Below, in pieces: positions 40,661 through 55,599 of a DNA stretch of 64,000 bases. The stretch is from the NCBI RefSeq assembly GCF_009914755.1, contig NC_060930.1. The stretch is one strand, 5' to 3'. Numbering within the stretch: position 1 is the first letter of the stretch; every line of letters begins with the position of its first letter. The notes beneath the pieces are model-generated. The model was not told where the DNA came from and did no database searches. It worked only from the letters and a program-made list of their open reading frames with translations. The stretch is from the human T2T-CHM13v2.0 reference genome, Homo sapiens. The position numbers were made by a program, and so were the translations under genes.

Positions 40661-41585
40661 TGGAGATGATTAAGAAATAGGGACGATGATAATAAGAAGA
40701 GGACTTTGCCCCCAAGAAGAGGGAAGGCGGATTGAGCAGATCCATGAAATTGACTCCCAGATCCACATAGTGACTTTTTATGACTTGTGGCAATTTATCT
40801 CATTACCATGCAGTCACAGCTTCAAACCTATGAAAAGAAATATAAAAATACAAAAAAAAGAAGAAGAAGAATGCCAACTAATGCCTTGGCAGTGTAGAAA
40901 GAAATGTTTTCATCTGTTTAAAATCAATTTAGGGGCAAAATAAGAGCATCTGAGGCAGAATGTGAAAATAATCAGAGAGATGAAAATGGTTAAAATTTTA
41001 AAAAGTAAAAACAAAAAAAGAAAAGCAATGTATGAGTACTGTCATCACCATAGAGACTAGCCCCCAGGTTGGAGCAAACCCTATCGCCCTTCTGGAAGGG
41101 TGGCTGTCTACTCTGGAAAATTGGATGGTTTCCTGGCTTCTTACCCTCCTTGTGAGGTAGTTGTGTGGGTTCAATAGAAAAAATAATATTCTGTAAAGCA
41201 CTTAGAAGTATGTTATAAATGAGTGTGAGCTGGTGTAGTAATGCTTGAAAGTGATTTTATTATCCCAGATATAACACGACAGCTTTATGTGCACCCATGG
41301 AGAAGTGATTAATGGGGCTCCAGCACCTTCCTGCAAAGGTCTTTAAAAGCACCTGTTTGGAGGAGGTGTTAGGCCAGCAGGAAGTTTAATGATTCTAGTG
41401 ATGCTGCTGCCCTGGGGGAAGTAATCAGAGGCTGCCAGCAGCATGGTCCCCACAGGTAGGCTGAGATAAGTCAGAGTTATGGAGTTGGGAGCTTGACAAG
41501 AGGATCCCCCCACCCCAGCCCCTGCCTGAGGGAGAGCCAGCTGGATTGTAGCATTCTCAGGTATATCAAAACAAGAATGTCAGGC

Positions 41586-41890
41586 TTTTTTTGTTTGTTT
41601 GTTTTTGAGACAGAGTCTCTTTCTATCACCCAGGCTGGAGTGCAGTGGTGCCATCTCGGCTCACTGAAACCTCCACCTCCTGGATTCAAGCAATTCTCCC
41701 TGCCTCAGCTTCCCAAGTACCTAGGATTATAGGTGCCCGCCACCACGCCCAGCTAATTTTTGTATTTGTAGCAGAGAGAGGGTTTTGCCATATATGCCAG
41801 GCAGGTCTCGAACTCCTGACCCCAGGTGATCTGTCCTCCTTGGGCTCCCAAAGCGCTAGGATTACAGGTGTGAGCCACCGTGCCCGTCCA
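41586..41890 (-). mobile_element. Alu SINE (AluS-like)
   Basis: Reverse Alu with GAACTCCTGACCCCAGGTGATC; AGCTTTTTTT/GGCTTTTTTT flanks. Confidence 0.95.
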
Positions 41891-41976
41891 AGCTTTTTTT
41901 TTTTTTTAAAGGTAGAAAGTCTGAAAAAATAAAACCACACAGAAGAGAAAAAGAAATACCCCAACTCCAGGCCCCA

Positions 41977-42020
41977 GGAGACCTGAGACCTGAGTCCTGA
42001 GTCCTGAGTCCTGAGTCCTG
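41977..42020. repeat. Heptamer tandem repeat (CCTGAGW)n, about 6 copies
   Basis: GAGACCTGAGACCTGAGTCCTGAGTCCTGAGTCCTGAGTCCTG. Confidence 0.9.
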
Positions 42021-42282
42021 TGCTGTCTGGGGATGGCTCAGGTCCTGTTTTCTCCTTCTCCCTGCGGGTCTGAGAGCTGGAACAAGTTGATAAGATCTGG
42101 CTCTGGGACTGAAGGATACTGGCATCTTGATAGTGCTCACATCCCGTTCTTTATCTTCTCCTACTCTTTTTCCTTTCCTCCTGCATACATATCATAATTC
42201 TCTTTTCACTAGTACCAGTCCTTTGGCCTTACTAGGTATTGTCTTATAAGATTCCAGTATATGTATTTCTTCATCTGCCCAC

Positions 42283-42545
42283 TCACATGCACACACACAC
42301 ACATGCCCATACATACACATACATATACACACAGTCACACATGTACCCACATACACACACATACACAAATATACACACATAACCACACACATGTAGCCAC
42401 ATACACACATGCATACATATATACACAGTCACACATGTACCCACATACACACACATACACAAATATACACACATAACCACACACATGTACCCACATACAC
42501 ACATGCATACATATACCTATGCAAACACATATACATACATACAAA
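42283..42545. repeat. CA/TA-rich compound repeat with a 94-bp higher-order duplication
   Basis: ACAGTC anchor at 42331 and 42425; two nearly identical 94-bp units. Confidence 0.9.
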
Positions 42546-42777
42546 CATGTTCTCCAGCGTATCATAAGCACTTAAGGGCAGGGACCTGACCCATACATTT
42601 TTATTTCCCAATATCTGTCCCACTACTATGCTCAGTCAATATTTATGGTTTTTATTTCATTTTTCATGTCTCTCTGTACATTTGTAACTTAGCACAAACT
42701 TTGGTTGAAGGGATCATATACACACAGAGATGGGCATCATGGTTCAGTCCAGACAAGTACATAATTGGTTTACTGAA

Positions 42778-43075
42778 TTTTTTTTTTTTTTTTTAGACGG
42801 AGTCTCACTCTGTTGCCCAGGTTGGAGTGCAGCGGTGCAATCTCGGCTCACTGCAAGCTCCGCCTCCTGGGTTCATGCCACTCCCTTGCCTCAGCCTCCT
42901 AAGTAGCTGGGACCGCAGGCGCCTGCCACCACACCCGGCTAATTTTTTTGTATTTTTAGTAGAGACAGGGTTTCACCATGTTAGCCAGGATGGTCTCGAT
43001 CTCCTGACCTCATGGTCCGCCCGCCTCAGCCTCCCAAAGGGGTGGGGTTACAGGCGTAAGCCACCGCGCCCGGCC
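42778..43075 (-). mobile_element. Alu SINE (AluY-like)
   Basis: CTGCAAGCTCCGCCTCC, GTTCATGCCA and TTAGCCAGGATGGTCTCGATCTCCTGACCTC diagnostics. Confidence 0.96.
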
Positions 43076-44187
43076 TTTGGAATTTTGTATGCGTCAAAAT
43101 CATGGCAGGCATCAATGCATCATTCATTCATTCATTCACTCATTAAACACCACTGAATACCTGGTACTGTGTACACTATACACACACACTCACAAACACA
43201 CACAAACACATACACACACACAAATCCTTGCTCTCTAGTAACCCAATTTTGAAAAAGACTAATCATAAATAAACACTTACAAGATGGCTTACTTTAATAG
43301 GAGAGCTGGATAAAGGAACCACTGGAGTTTTCTCGATAATTTAGCAATCTGCTAAATTATTGGAGTCGAGTCCTAGAGGATGAACAGGACCATCTACCTT
43401 GTGGAAAGCCTTCTTTGTGCCTAGTAATGCTAACACCATCCCTCTTCAACCCACTCAGAGACAGTGCAGAGCTGAGGGCACCACTGATGCTTGCTTCTGC
43501 CTACAGCCTAGAGTGAGGTTGCCACACATCCCTGCGGAATGCAGGGAAGGTCCCGTGGAACTGCCTTGCGTCGGACCTAGACCGCCCCATGATAAAGAAA
43601 TGCTTTCATCCAGCTCCAGAGTGGCCTTTCCATGTGCATCTGGTACTGTTTGAGAAAACTTCTGGGGGAAGGCTGTCCTCAAGCATCTGTCCACATCCCT
43701 TGCAGGCTGTCAGAATACTGATTAATTTATTAACGTGGGTTTTCCTGTAGGCAATTATCATTTGACCCACTTAAAGGGAAATGCCTGCCTGCCTTTGATC
43801 AAAGAATTCCTATTATCTGGAAAATTGGTTTTCTAGTAAGCAGGGATAGAGGATGTTTGAGGCTTTGGCTATTTTTTCCCCCTTTGAAGTTGGAAATTGC
43901 AATCTGGCTTTAGAAATAGCAAAGATGCATTTTCTTTCTGTCTCTCTGGCCGTCCCCTTACAGGGTTTGTTTAATGAACCATTTCACCAGAAGGATTATA
44001 GTTTGAAAGTATCCTCACAATGACACAGCCACTTGCATGTCGCTTTATTCCTAGAAAAAATACTGTTCTTTATTTACACCCTTACAAACGTGGAAATCAA
44101 GGGGGCAGTTCTCATCTGATGCTAGCGATGGCAGGCACACGGAATAAGATCTGGGAACACAATTGTCCATTTAAACCCTGTCCAAGA

Positions 44188-44607
<420 letters not shown>

Positions 44608-46039
44608 TCATGTTAAAGTTGTTGTTTGATTGTTAAAAAAAAAAAGGCAACTTAAGAAAAAACATTCAAAGGTCACAGACTTACACTTTCCTGAAAATGA
44701 AGGAAAACTTTTAAAAGTTAAAAGGTCACTCTCAATGAGAGCAATTCCCATATCAGAGAAAAGCATTTCCATCATACTTTTTATTATTATACACATTCTC
44801 ACTTGTTTCTACTAACCGCTTTTAATATTTTTTCATATTAAATGTTCAAAATAACTCTTTGGAGTCATATTTTATGCCCATTTTACAGAAGAGTTAATTG
44901 AGACAAGTAGAGAGATTAGATAAGTTCCCCAAGGACATGCACCCAAAGGATTCGCTGAACTTGAACTCTCAAATGTCACATCTGCTATTCCCACATCAGT
45001 GCATGGTTGGGGAAGAAAAGGAAACACCACAACCCAACAACACAGGACCCAACAGAGAACCTTCCGAAGGAAACCCACTCACAGCTCATGGAGACACCTG
45101 ATGCTGAAAGGAGAGAAGACAGGGGAGAAGTGCTCTTTCGTTTTTTGTGTCTGATACTTCCTTTCTGCAGGGACTTAATGATTAGGTGGCAGGTGGAATC
45201 TTAAGGAATGCAGTTCCAAAAAAAAAAAATGCCTTTGCTGTCACTTCAAAAAACAGTAGCAAGAGGGATGGGAGGTGTGAATCATGAAGCAAAAAAGTTT
45301 GATTCCAAGCACGGGATCCCAACAGAAGGTGGTGGTCGGTTTCAGAGCAGCAGCGTGCAGCTCCAATGTGATAAAATGGCTCCTCCTCCCCCTCTTCCTC
45401 CTCTTCCCCTTGTCCTCCACCCCCTCCTCCTCCTTTTCTTTTTAATGAGCTGGAGACTTTCCCAGCCAGCCATGTGCTGTTCCACTCAGTTGGCCAGCAC
45501 CAAGGGGCCTCCTTTTACTTTACTTCAGCCAGTCCCTCCCAAGTTTGGGAGAATCAAGGCCCCTTCCTGTGCTCCTCAGGTTCCACTCCAATTGTTCTTC
45601 TCCTCGGGGAATCCTCTGCTCCTTTGAACATGCACCAAAAGGAAGAATGGAGGGACTTTCATGCTAAAATGCCAGGCACCTGAAGACAGTAAAGGGAGGC
45701 TTAACCTTATAACAGGCTTAATACGTTGCAGCTTTCTGCTGAGTCCTTATAGGCATGGAATGCAGCTCACATGCCCCTGTTCTTCATTTCCCCAAATCTT
45801 ACTTGCGAACTGAAAACCTGCCGGCTAAGCTAAGCACTCATAGCCTCTTTCCTCCATCCTGTCACTGACCCTTATCATCTAGCAGCGTCTATCCATGGAA
45901 CATCACCTTCTCAGTCAGAAAAGCTGGAAACCCCCAACATGGAGCATGACATTCGCTCTTTGTGGTTTTCTTACTCATGCCCTCATTTGCCAAATGCTTT
46001 CAACAAACATTTATAGAGTCCACTATGTGCCAGGCATTA

Positions 46040-46824
<785 letters not shown>

Positions 46825-47079
46825 TGTATCATTTAACAGAAAAGTTTTGAATGGAAATCCACATTTTAATAAAGTATACCTATGTTAGCATTTATAATTA
46901 ATCATAATTTTTTAAAACCTCAAGTCATGAAAATTAGTTTTATTTAACTCTTTTAAATGCCCATTAATGGAACAACTTTTAGATTTTCTAAATAAAATAT
47001 GTGTTTTTTTAAATGTTTTGCACTCTAAGAAAGAAACCATTCACTTATCTAGAGAACACACCCATCCAAAATGACTTCA

Positions 47080-47730
<651 letters not shown>

Positions 47731-48102
47731 CAGTAAGATGAATGAGCCTCTATCTCTGCCTGTCTCAAAGACATAGAATGATTCAACATGTCCTAATCAA
47801 TGCGTGCTGGGAGAACTACAAATGTAAAGAAAACATGTTATTTGGGAATGTATAGGCTTGGAAAGGAATTAAAATGATTTTGTCGGCCTTCTCTCAAATT
47901 TCAGTGACATTTGGGAGTAGTTTGGCAGCAAGAAAGATCTACCAATGAGCTAACCAGTCTTTCTTTAGCTAGTGTTTCAGTGTTATTTTTTTGGCCATTT
48001 TGATGCATTTCAAGTTTTTATGTTCATAGATTCATTTAACAAATGATGTAACTGAAAGATGGACTTGAAATTTGATTAGAGCAAAAATCCTCCAAGGTTC
48101 AA

Positions 48103-48121
48103 TTTTCTTCTTCTTTCTTCT

Positions 48122-48152
<31 letters not shown>

Positions 48153-48192
48153 CCTCCTCCTCCTTCTCCTTCTTCCTTTTTTTTTTTTTTTT
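48103..48192. repeat. 90-nt pure polypyrimidine tract, (CTT)n/(CCT)n/Tn
   Basis: No purine on the plus strand across 48103-48192. Confidence 0.95.
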
Positions 48193-48356
48193 AAACGACT
48201 CCCAAACTGGCAGAGATAGATTGGAGTCAAGCTATCTGGGGGCTTGTAAACATGTAGTCCCACCTGGGAAACCACATCCTGGCAGTTTACCTTCACTGCT
48301 ACTACCTGGTCCAGGGCACCCTCAAATCACCTGTGTTCTGCCATGGTCCACTAACA

Positions 48357-48697
48357 CAGGGGTCCCCAACCCCCGGGTCGTGGACTGGTACTGGGCCATG
48401 GCCTGTTAGGAAGTGGGTGGGGCAGCAGGAGATGAGCGAGGGCTAGTGAGCATTCCCGCCTGAGCTCCATCTCCTACCAAATCAGCAGCAGCATTAGATT
48501 CTCATAGGAACGTGAACCCTATTGTGAACTGCGCACGTGAGGGATCTAGGTTGCACTCTCCTTATGAGAATTTGACTAATGCCTGATGATCTGAGGTGGA
48601 GCAGTTTCATGCCGAAAACATCCTCGCCCCCAAGTTCATGGAAAAATTGTCTTCCAGGAAACTGGTACCCTGGTGCCAAAAAGGTTGGGGCTCGCTG
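48357..48697 (+). mobile_element. MER1B hAT-Charlie DNA transposon
   Basis: TIRs CAGGGGTCCCCAACC / GGTTGGGGCTCGCTG; internal ATTAGATTCTCATAGGA..GTGAACCCTATTGTGAACTGCGCA; 8-bp TSD CACTAACA / TGCTAACA. Confidence 0.93.
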
Positions 48698-48705
48698 TGC
48701 TAACA

Positions 48706-49390
48706 GGCCTCCTACTATGCTTTCATTCCCTGCAGTCCCCAGTACTGCAGCCAGAGGGAGCCTTTTCAGTTGCAAGGCGGACTATGAGCCTCCTCTCTTC
48801 AAAACCCTGAAATGGCTTCCATTTCACTCAGAGAAAAGCCAACCCGCCCCCATTATGTGCAGGTCATACCTGTTCTGGGTCCTGATTCCCCATATTTCTG
48901 TCCTTCATCCACCCCTGACTCGCTTGACCCAGCCTCATGGGCCACCTTGTTCCTGAACACAAACACATCAAACACATTCCCTTCTTAGGGCCTTTGCTCT
49001 AGGCGTTCGGTTTCCCTTTGCCTGGAGTGATCTTCCTTCAGATATCTGCTTGGTTAAATCCCTCACTTCATTTAAGTGTTTACTCAGATCTCCCCTTCTC
49101 AGGGATATACATGTGGATCACCATTTTTAAAAACGAACACTGCCCCACCACACTTCTGGTCCTTCCAACTCTGTTTTACTTGTTCTTTTTTCAGTATCTC
49201 TATATTACCTTTTAACCTTCCTAATAATTTGCCTATTATATTTACTGTTTAATATCTATCTTCCCCTCACTGATGTAAGTTTGATGAGACCAGATACCTT
49301 TGTCTATTTTGTTCACTCATGTATCCCAGTTGCTGATAATAATGCTTGGGACAAAGTAATGCTCAATAATCATTCCTTAAATGACCAGCT
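48706..49390 (+). mobile_element. L2 LINE 3' region (continues upstream of MER1B)
   Basis: GCAGCCAGAG...TCAAAACCCT.AAATGGCTTCC...AGGGCCTTTGC...TGCCTGGA...TTTTGTTCACT..TGTATCCCAG...GCTCAATAAT. Confidence 0.75.
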
Positions 49391-50199
49391 GAGCCCTGAT
49401 CTTCATTCCTTGAAATATAAACTTGTAAAAAAAGATTTTTGTAGGTTGCTAGGCTACTTCCTTTATCATTTTACTTGCATTTCAAATGAAAGTTAAATTT
49501 TTTTTCTCATTCATCATGTTTGAGGAGGTAGTAATTTGCAAAGTAGTATCAATTTTTCTTGGGGGGATAATATCACCATTTTTAATATGATCATGTAACA
49601 TTTGGGTGATCAGTGTGAAAAGCTAGTCAGTACTCCTACCATTTTTTTTTACAAATTATGTTAACATGCTAAAGTGGGTAACATGATGTAGTTTAATCCA
49701 TATCTTGTCCCTGACAGCCCCTTTTCCGTGAGTTATTCAAATGTGAGTTGGAAGTCAAACATACAAAGGAGACCTCCCTAAATGTTCTGACTTTCTTATA
49801 AATATGGTGCTGTCATTACTTAGATTGAGACATGTTTGCATTTTTATCATGAGGAAACAAAGAAATGAAGTTTGAAGATGCTATGTGACTCAAAGCCTCA
49901 AGATGGATAAACCTTACCAATGGCTACTCCAGGTTACTTCTGGTTTTCATGAACTCACTTATGCTCCTGTCAAAAAGCCTTTATGATCCCCCTCCTCCTC
50001 TGACCAAGTTCCACAATGTTTGGTGCTTCCATTAGAGTATTTGTGCCCTGTGGTAGCATTTTTCAGAGTCTGTGTTTTATGAACATGTAACCTATCCTTG
50101 TTTACATTATGAACAGCAAACCAGAATAAGTCACTTTTACTAACAGCCTTGTACTATGTACAAGGTTTTGTACATAGTAACAGTTTACTCTGAGATCAA

Positions 50200-50365
50200 A
50201 CCAGCCTTGAATTCATTTCACCTACATTCTGTGTAACTCTCAGCAAGTCTTTTAAACGCCCAAGCTCCAGTTTCCTTATCTGTAAAACAGGGATAATAAT
50301 AGGGCCACCATAGAGGGTGCTGAGGATGATTGAATGAGATAATACTTGTAAGGCTGCTATTAGCA
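50200..50365 (+). mobile_element. MIR fragment
   Basis: CAGTTTCCTTATCTGTAAAACAGGGATAATAATAG...GAGGATGATTGAATGAGATAAT. Confidence 0.8.
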
Positions 50366-52417
50366 ATTCCATCAATCATTCCCAAGTAAAATGTAAAGGT
50401 TCTACATTAAAGAGACATGCATTCCCTAGGAAGCTACTAGCTTATGCTAAAAATCCATATTTAATACATTAGTGATATTGTGCTCCTCATGAACTCTCAA
50501 CCTTTCCAAATATGTTACTAAAATGATATGAGACAGCAAGCAGTTTCACTCAGTTTGAATTTTCTTGTCAAAATTCGTGGTCTTTGCCAAAGGAGGACAT
50601 TAAAGAAAATTATCCTCTTTGTAAAAACTGAAAGGCCTGGGACAGAGTCCAGCTCATTTATCATACAATGCATTTAGTGAGGGAGGGTTTCACTTTATGT
50701 AAGTAATAAGCTACACATGCATAACTTCTTTTGCTTGGATAGTGGCTCTTCAGACCTGGATTTAATTAATACAGAGCTGCATCTGGGTCTGTCAGAGGGA
50801 AGTGATGAAACATACGCTCCCATATGGATTTATAGCTAGTTAGAGTTTTTGCAGACTCAACTGCAAAATCTTCAAGTGAAGGACCGAGTTTGGTTGTTGA
50901 CATAATAATATGGTCTTATCTAAATGTTTTGTTTTCTTTGACTATAACTTGAGTTAATGGTCAAGCAGAGCAAAAACATTGGCAGTTACTGATTCAGACA
51001 CATTTATAGACATCTTTTTCCCCCCATGGAAAAAAAGGAACAGAACAGTGCAACTGAAGTTCATTCTTCCATTTATTCAGAGATGTGAAGACATGTAAGA
51101 CATTGTCATAGCTCATGCTCCAGGAACACACAATGTGGAGTAAAGGAGGATGGCAGACATGGAAACTATTATCTCTGATTAAGCAGCATAAGTTCCACAA
51201 GAGATATCATCATTGATAGGGAGAATAGACTTCATCAGAGTGCTCTTTGGCATTGGGGCAGTGGGGCTCTGAGGAACACCTTTACTTGGACCAGACCTTG
51301 AAGTAATGGTGGGATTTCCAGGACAAAGAGGAAGATAGAGACCTCCAGAGAAGGAAGAGAGAGAGAGAAAGCACACAGTCTTGGCAATATAGTGTCCAGG
51401 CAACACTCGAAAGTAAAGTGGCTGAAGGTGAGATTGGAAAGAAAGGAAAATCATTTTATTTGAACCCCTACTATGTGCTGGGCCATGTGAGACACTTTAC
51501 AAACATGACTCTCTGATTCTTCCTGTAAGCCATATCTTACAGGCATGAAAACCAGGGCTCCAAGAGGTCAAAAGGGTCACATAGACAGATGCGTACAAAG
51601 CTGAAGCCAAACACAGCTGTGCAGCTCCAGGGCGTATGCACTTCACATCAGGCACACAAATGCGAGGGAGGCTGGGGCACAGAAATCCAAAAAAGAAAGT
51701 TAACAAGAGCAAGATTTTTATATTTATATCTTCTAATAAGCCTTCATCCATCAACAATTTTTTTAAATGCTGCTTTAAGGTTCACTTGCTTTCATTCATA
51801 AACTGGAAAGCGAATCCCTGGACAGGTTTTAGATATATGCAAGATGACCCTGTGAATCCTTCATTATTACATACTTTATGATTTTTTTACAACTTGTATT
51901 TTGGGGGGGTCCTTCTTCCTCCTCCCTTGGACCTGCTGTACCCCTAGCCTCTGAAGCCTGCAGACTGATCACACTATTATTATCTTTCAACCATTCTGTC
52001 AGCCCCTCTTTTCCAGCCCTCAGACTGACCAAAGGCAAGAAAAACTATATATATACAGTATGGTTTCCTTTTCTCTTCTTCCAGCATGACTGCAGATGCT
52101 ACTTCTCCCTCAGGGACAAGCAGCTCTCCACACAGGCAGTTCACGCAAGTCTAAAGCCTTTTGCTAAGTCAAGTGTCACATGGGCTTCCATATTTAGCAA
52201 AGCAGCCCTGTTGCTGCAGGGAGGGAAGATTCTGGAACCCCTCTATGTAACTGATGTCAGCTGCACTCTCTGCTGAGCAGGGGCAAAGGAGACAAGACAC
52301 CTTAGGCTGATGATTACATGTCTGTCAGTGAGCTCACGTTAATGGCAATTTGCAAGGGAACACATCACCCACTGGCTGACTGTGGGATTTTTATTGGTCT
52401 CTTTACTTTTTAAGCGT

Positions 52418-52451
52418 TCTCGCCATCTTGTGGCTACTTTCAATATTGCAG
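52418..52451 (-). promoter_or_regulatory. Candidate CTCF site with upstream module; overlaps a YY1-like core
   Basis: Minus strand reads CTGCAATATT-GAAAG-TAGCCACAAGATGGCGAGA: core CCACAAGATGGCG plus a TGCA-type upstream module at the canonical 5-bp spacing; the CpG is retained. Confidence 0.65.
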
Positions 52452-52674
52452 TTGAATGATTGGGCACAGGTTCAACCACCTTGCAAATCATTAACTCATC
52501 TATTCAAGTACTTTTTGAGACTCTAATATCTCAAGTACTTACACAGAAAAGCAAGTGGACAAAAGCAAATAATAAGAAAAAAGCCTAGGAGAATTAATGT
52601 AATTATTTTTCACTACACTTTAAACCTCAGTAGCCAGGCTTGTCGCTGCCAGAGGCCATCAAAACTTTTCATTT

Positions 52675-53044
<370 letters not shown>

Positions 53045-53046
53045 CT

Positions 53047-53069
53047 ACATGTTAAGTCACTTAACATGT
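53047..53069. repeat. Inverted repeat with 11-bp arms and 1-nt spacer
   Basis: ACATGTTAAGT-C-ACTTAACATGT. Confidence 0.9.
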
Positions 53070-53508
53070 TTCTGTTAGAGCTATAAGACATCTGAGAAAT
53101 GGAATCGAATGTCTATTTTATAGACCTAGAATTACATGAGGAATAAAAGCCCAGCATAGAAAAAAATATCCAAAAAGGCAAAAATTAAAATCATTTTAAT
53201 TTCATCACACAGATCTTGATTAATATTTTAATGTAGATCCTTCCATATTTTTATGCTTATATGTAATAAAATAATATGCATGCTATTTTTAAACCTTCTC
53301 TTTAAAACATGTGAATATCTCTTTCTTGTTCACTACTATATCCCTAGAGCCTAGAACACTGTTTGGCACACCAGGGTTTCTCTGTAAATACTTGTTAAAT
53401 GAATGAATGAATGTAAATAAACAAACCTGCAGAATTGCTTTTAATATCTGTATAATATTCTACTCTTAGGATATTGTGTATATATTTAACTAATCTACTC
53501 TTGTCTGA

Positions 53509-53833
<325 letters not shown>

Positions 53834-54081
53834 GATTCTTTCTATTTTTACTGTTAACAAAACTATAATAAGCAAAGGTAGTGGAATTTGATGAGTTTTA
53901 CTAGATAGTAACATGGTAAAGGGGTCCCTCAGTCAACCTTGTGATTATGAGACCAGGTGCAGCAATGGTGGTAACTGCTTTCTAAACAAAATACAAGCTC
54001 TGCTACGGAGGATTGCATACTCCACACCTTTTATCCAACAAAATGAAACCAAAGTGACATCATCTTCATCAGAACTCTACG

Positions 54082-54250
54082 TATTGATTCTCGAGCCTAG
54101 CTGCAAATTAGCATTGCCTGCGGGAATTTCAGAACTAGGGATGCCCCCAGAGATTCTGCCTTCATTGGTCTGGGTAGGTCTCACCCACAAGGATTTTCCA
54201 GAACTCCTGGGTAACTCTAATGTGCAGCCAGGACTGAGAAACTCTGCTTT
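54082..54250 (+). mobile_element. MER5B-like relic
   Basis: CCCCCAGAGATTCTG..TTCATTGGTCTGGG...CTCTAATGTGCAGCCAGGACTGAGAA. Confidence 0.75.
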
Positions 54251-55599
54251 AAATAGAATGAGCCACAGGGATCATGTCAAGGAGACCTCATTATAGTACT
54301 TGTTTCCTAGTGAAGAAGCCCTCTGAGTGTGTGCAGCTCAAGATAAACACATGATGCCATGTATATTGTAGCTTCTCAGATCCAGTGCTGCAAGTTCTGC
54401 ATGCTAATGCTGACTGGAACCCTTCAAACCTACTTTAGGGAATTAACAACAGAATTAATGCAAATGGAGCAAACGCCTAATAGACAACATGCCAATACCA
54501 CAATGACTTTATGTACGTCAGGCATAGCCCTTGTGTACGTAAAGACATAAACTACACATTGCTGTTGTAATACAGTAAACCCATGAGCAGGCATTACCCT
54601 TGTAACTCAACATGAGTATCAGAATAGGCTTCAATTGTAGGGCAGGAGAAATTAACTTGGGAACTGCATACACGTGCTGTAATTGATTTAGCACCATTTG
54701 ATAGATTTGTTAGGGTGTTTCTTCTCACAGATTCTTCAGAAACATAGACCACATATTCCCTTGACAATTCCCGTCACCTGCTTACTCTCAGCTTTCATTT
54801 TATGTTTATCAGACTTCTGAGCTATCCCGTCTGAACTGAGCATGCCCGGATCACGGAGACCCACCCCAACCCTAAGGTACAATTAAGTGCTTCACAGGGG
54901 ATTGAAATGCCAGACAGTGCCATGGGACAGAAAACACCATAGGGCATTGGATGGGATCCCTGTTCCCCGGGAGATTCTAGTTAATAATAAAAGTAAACAA
55001 AGTAAACAGCAGAGAAACATTCTCCAGTGCTGAAAGCCGTTCTAAACATACTTATTTAGGGAATAAAGTGTCTCCTTTAGAAAACTACAGTGAATTGACG
55101 GTTCGTTATATGTTTTTCTTCCCACACAATTGGTTTTGATCCATGTGGTTCTTTCTTGCCTTTTAAGTGTCCTTCTTGTATTTTTTTTGGAGGGTCAGTG
55201 GGTCTCTCTAGAGAACTGGAAAGGTCAGTTATCTCCAATGTACTAGGGGTAGAATTCAAAGTAAGGTAGCTGGAAATTCTATTGATCCCTTGTTGATAGT
55301 GAAGTTTAAGCTCCCAGTATGCCTTCTTGAGCAGTTAGTTCACTGTCACAAAGAGTTCCACCTAAATCCATCACTTGGATCCAGGGCAGACGTGGAAATG
55401 TTGGACCAAAATAAAATTTCCCCAGTAGGGATGATCACACACATCCTTTTTAAAGGGGCCATTTCTGAAAACAACAGGTAATTAAACTGTATAATAATGA
55501 GACTCCTCACCACCCTTGGCTTCTGTGTCCCTCTGTTGCATAGTGGACATGGAAAATATGTCATAACCTTGTCTCTTATTTTCACTTCATCTCCATGTG

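Noticed and set aside
48099-48296. Arg/Lys-rich protamine-like ORF
   Set aside because: It is the translation of the GAA/GGA simple repeat
48730-48761. CTCF-like motif CTGCAGTCCC-N8-CAGCCAGAGGGAGC on the plus strand, convergent with the 52.4-kb site
   Set aside because: The core has several mismatches and coincides with a standard L2 segment (GCAGCCAGAG); too weak without binding data
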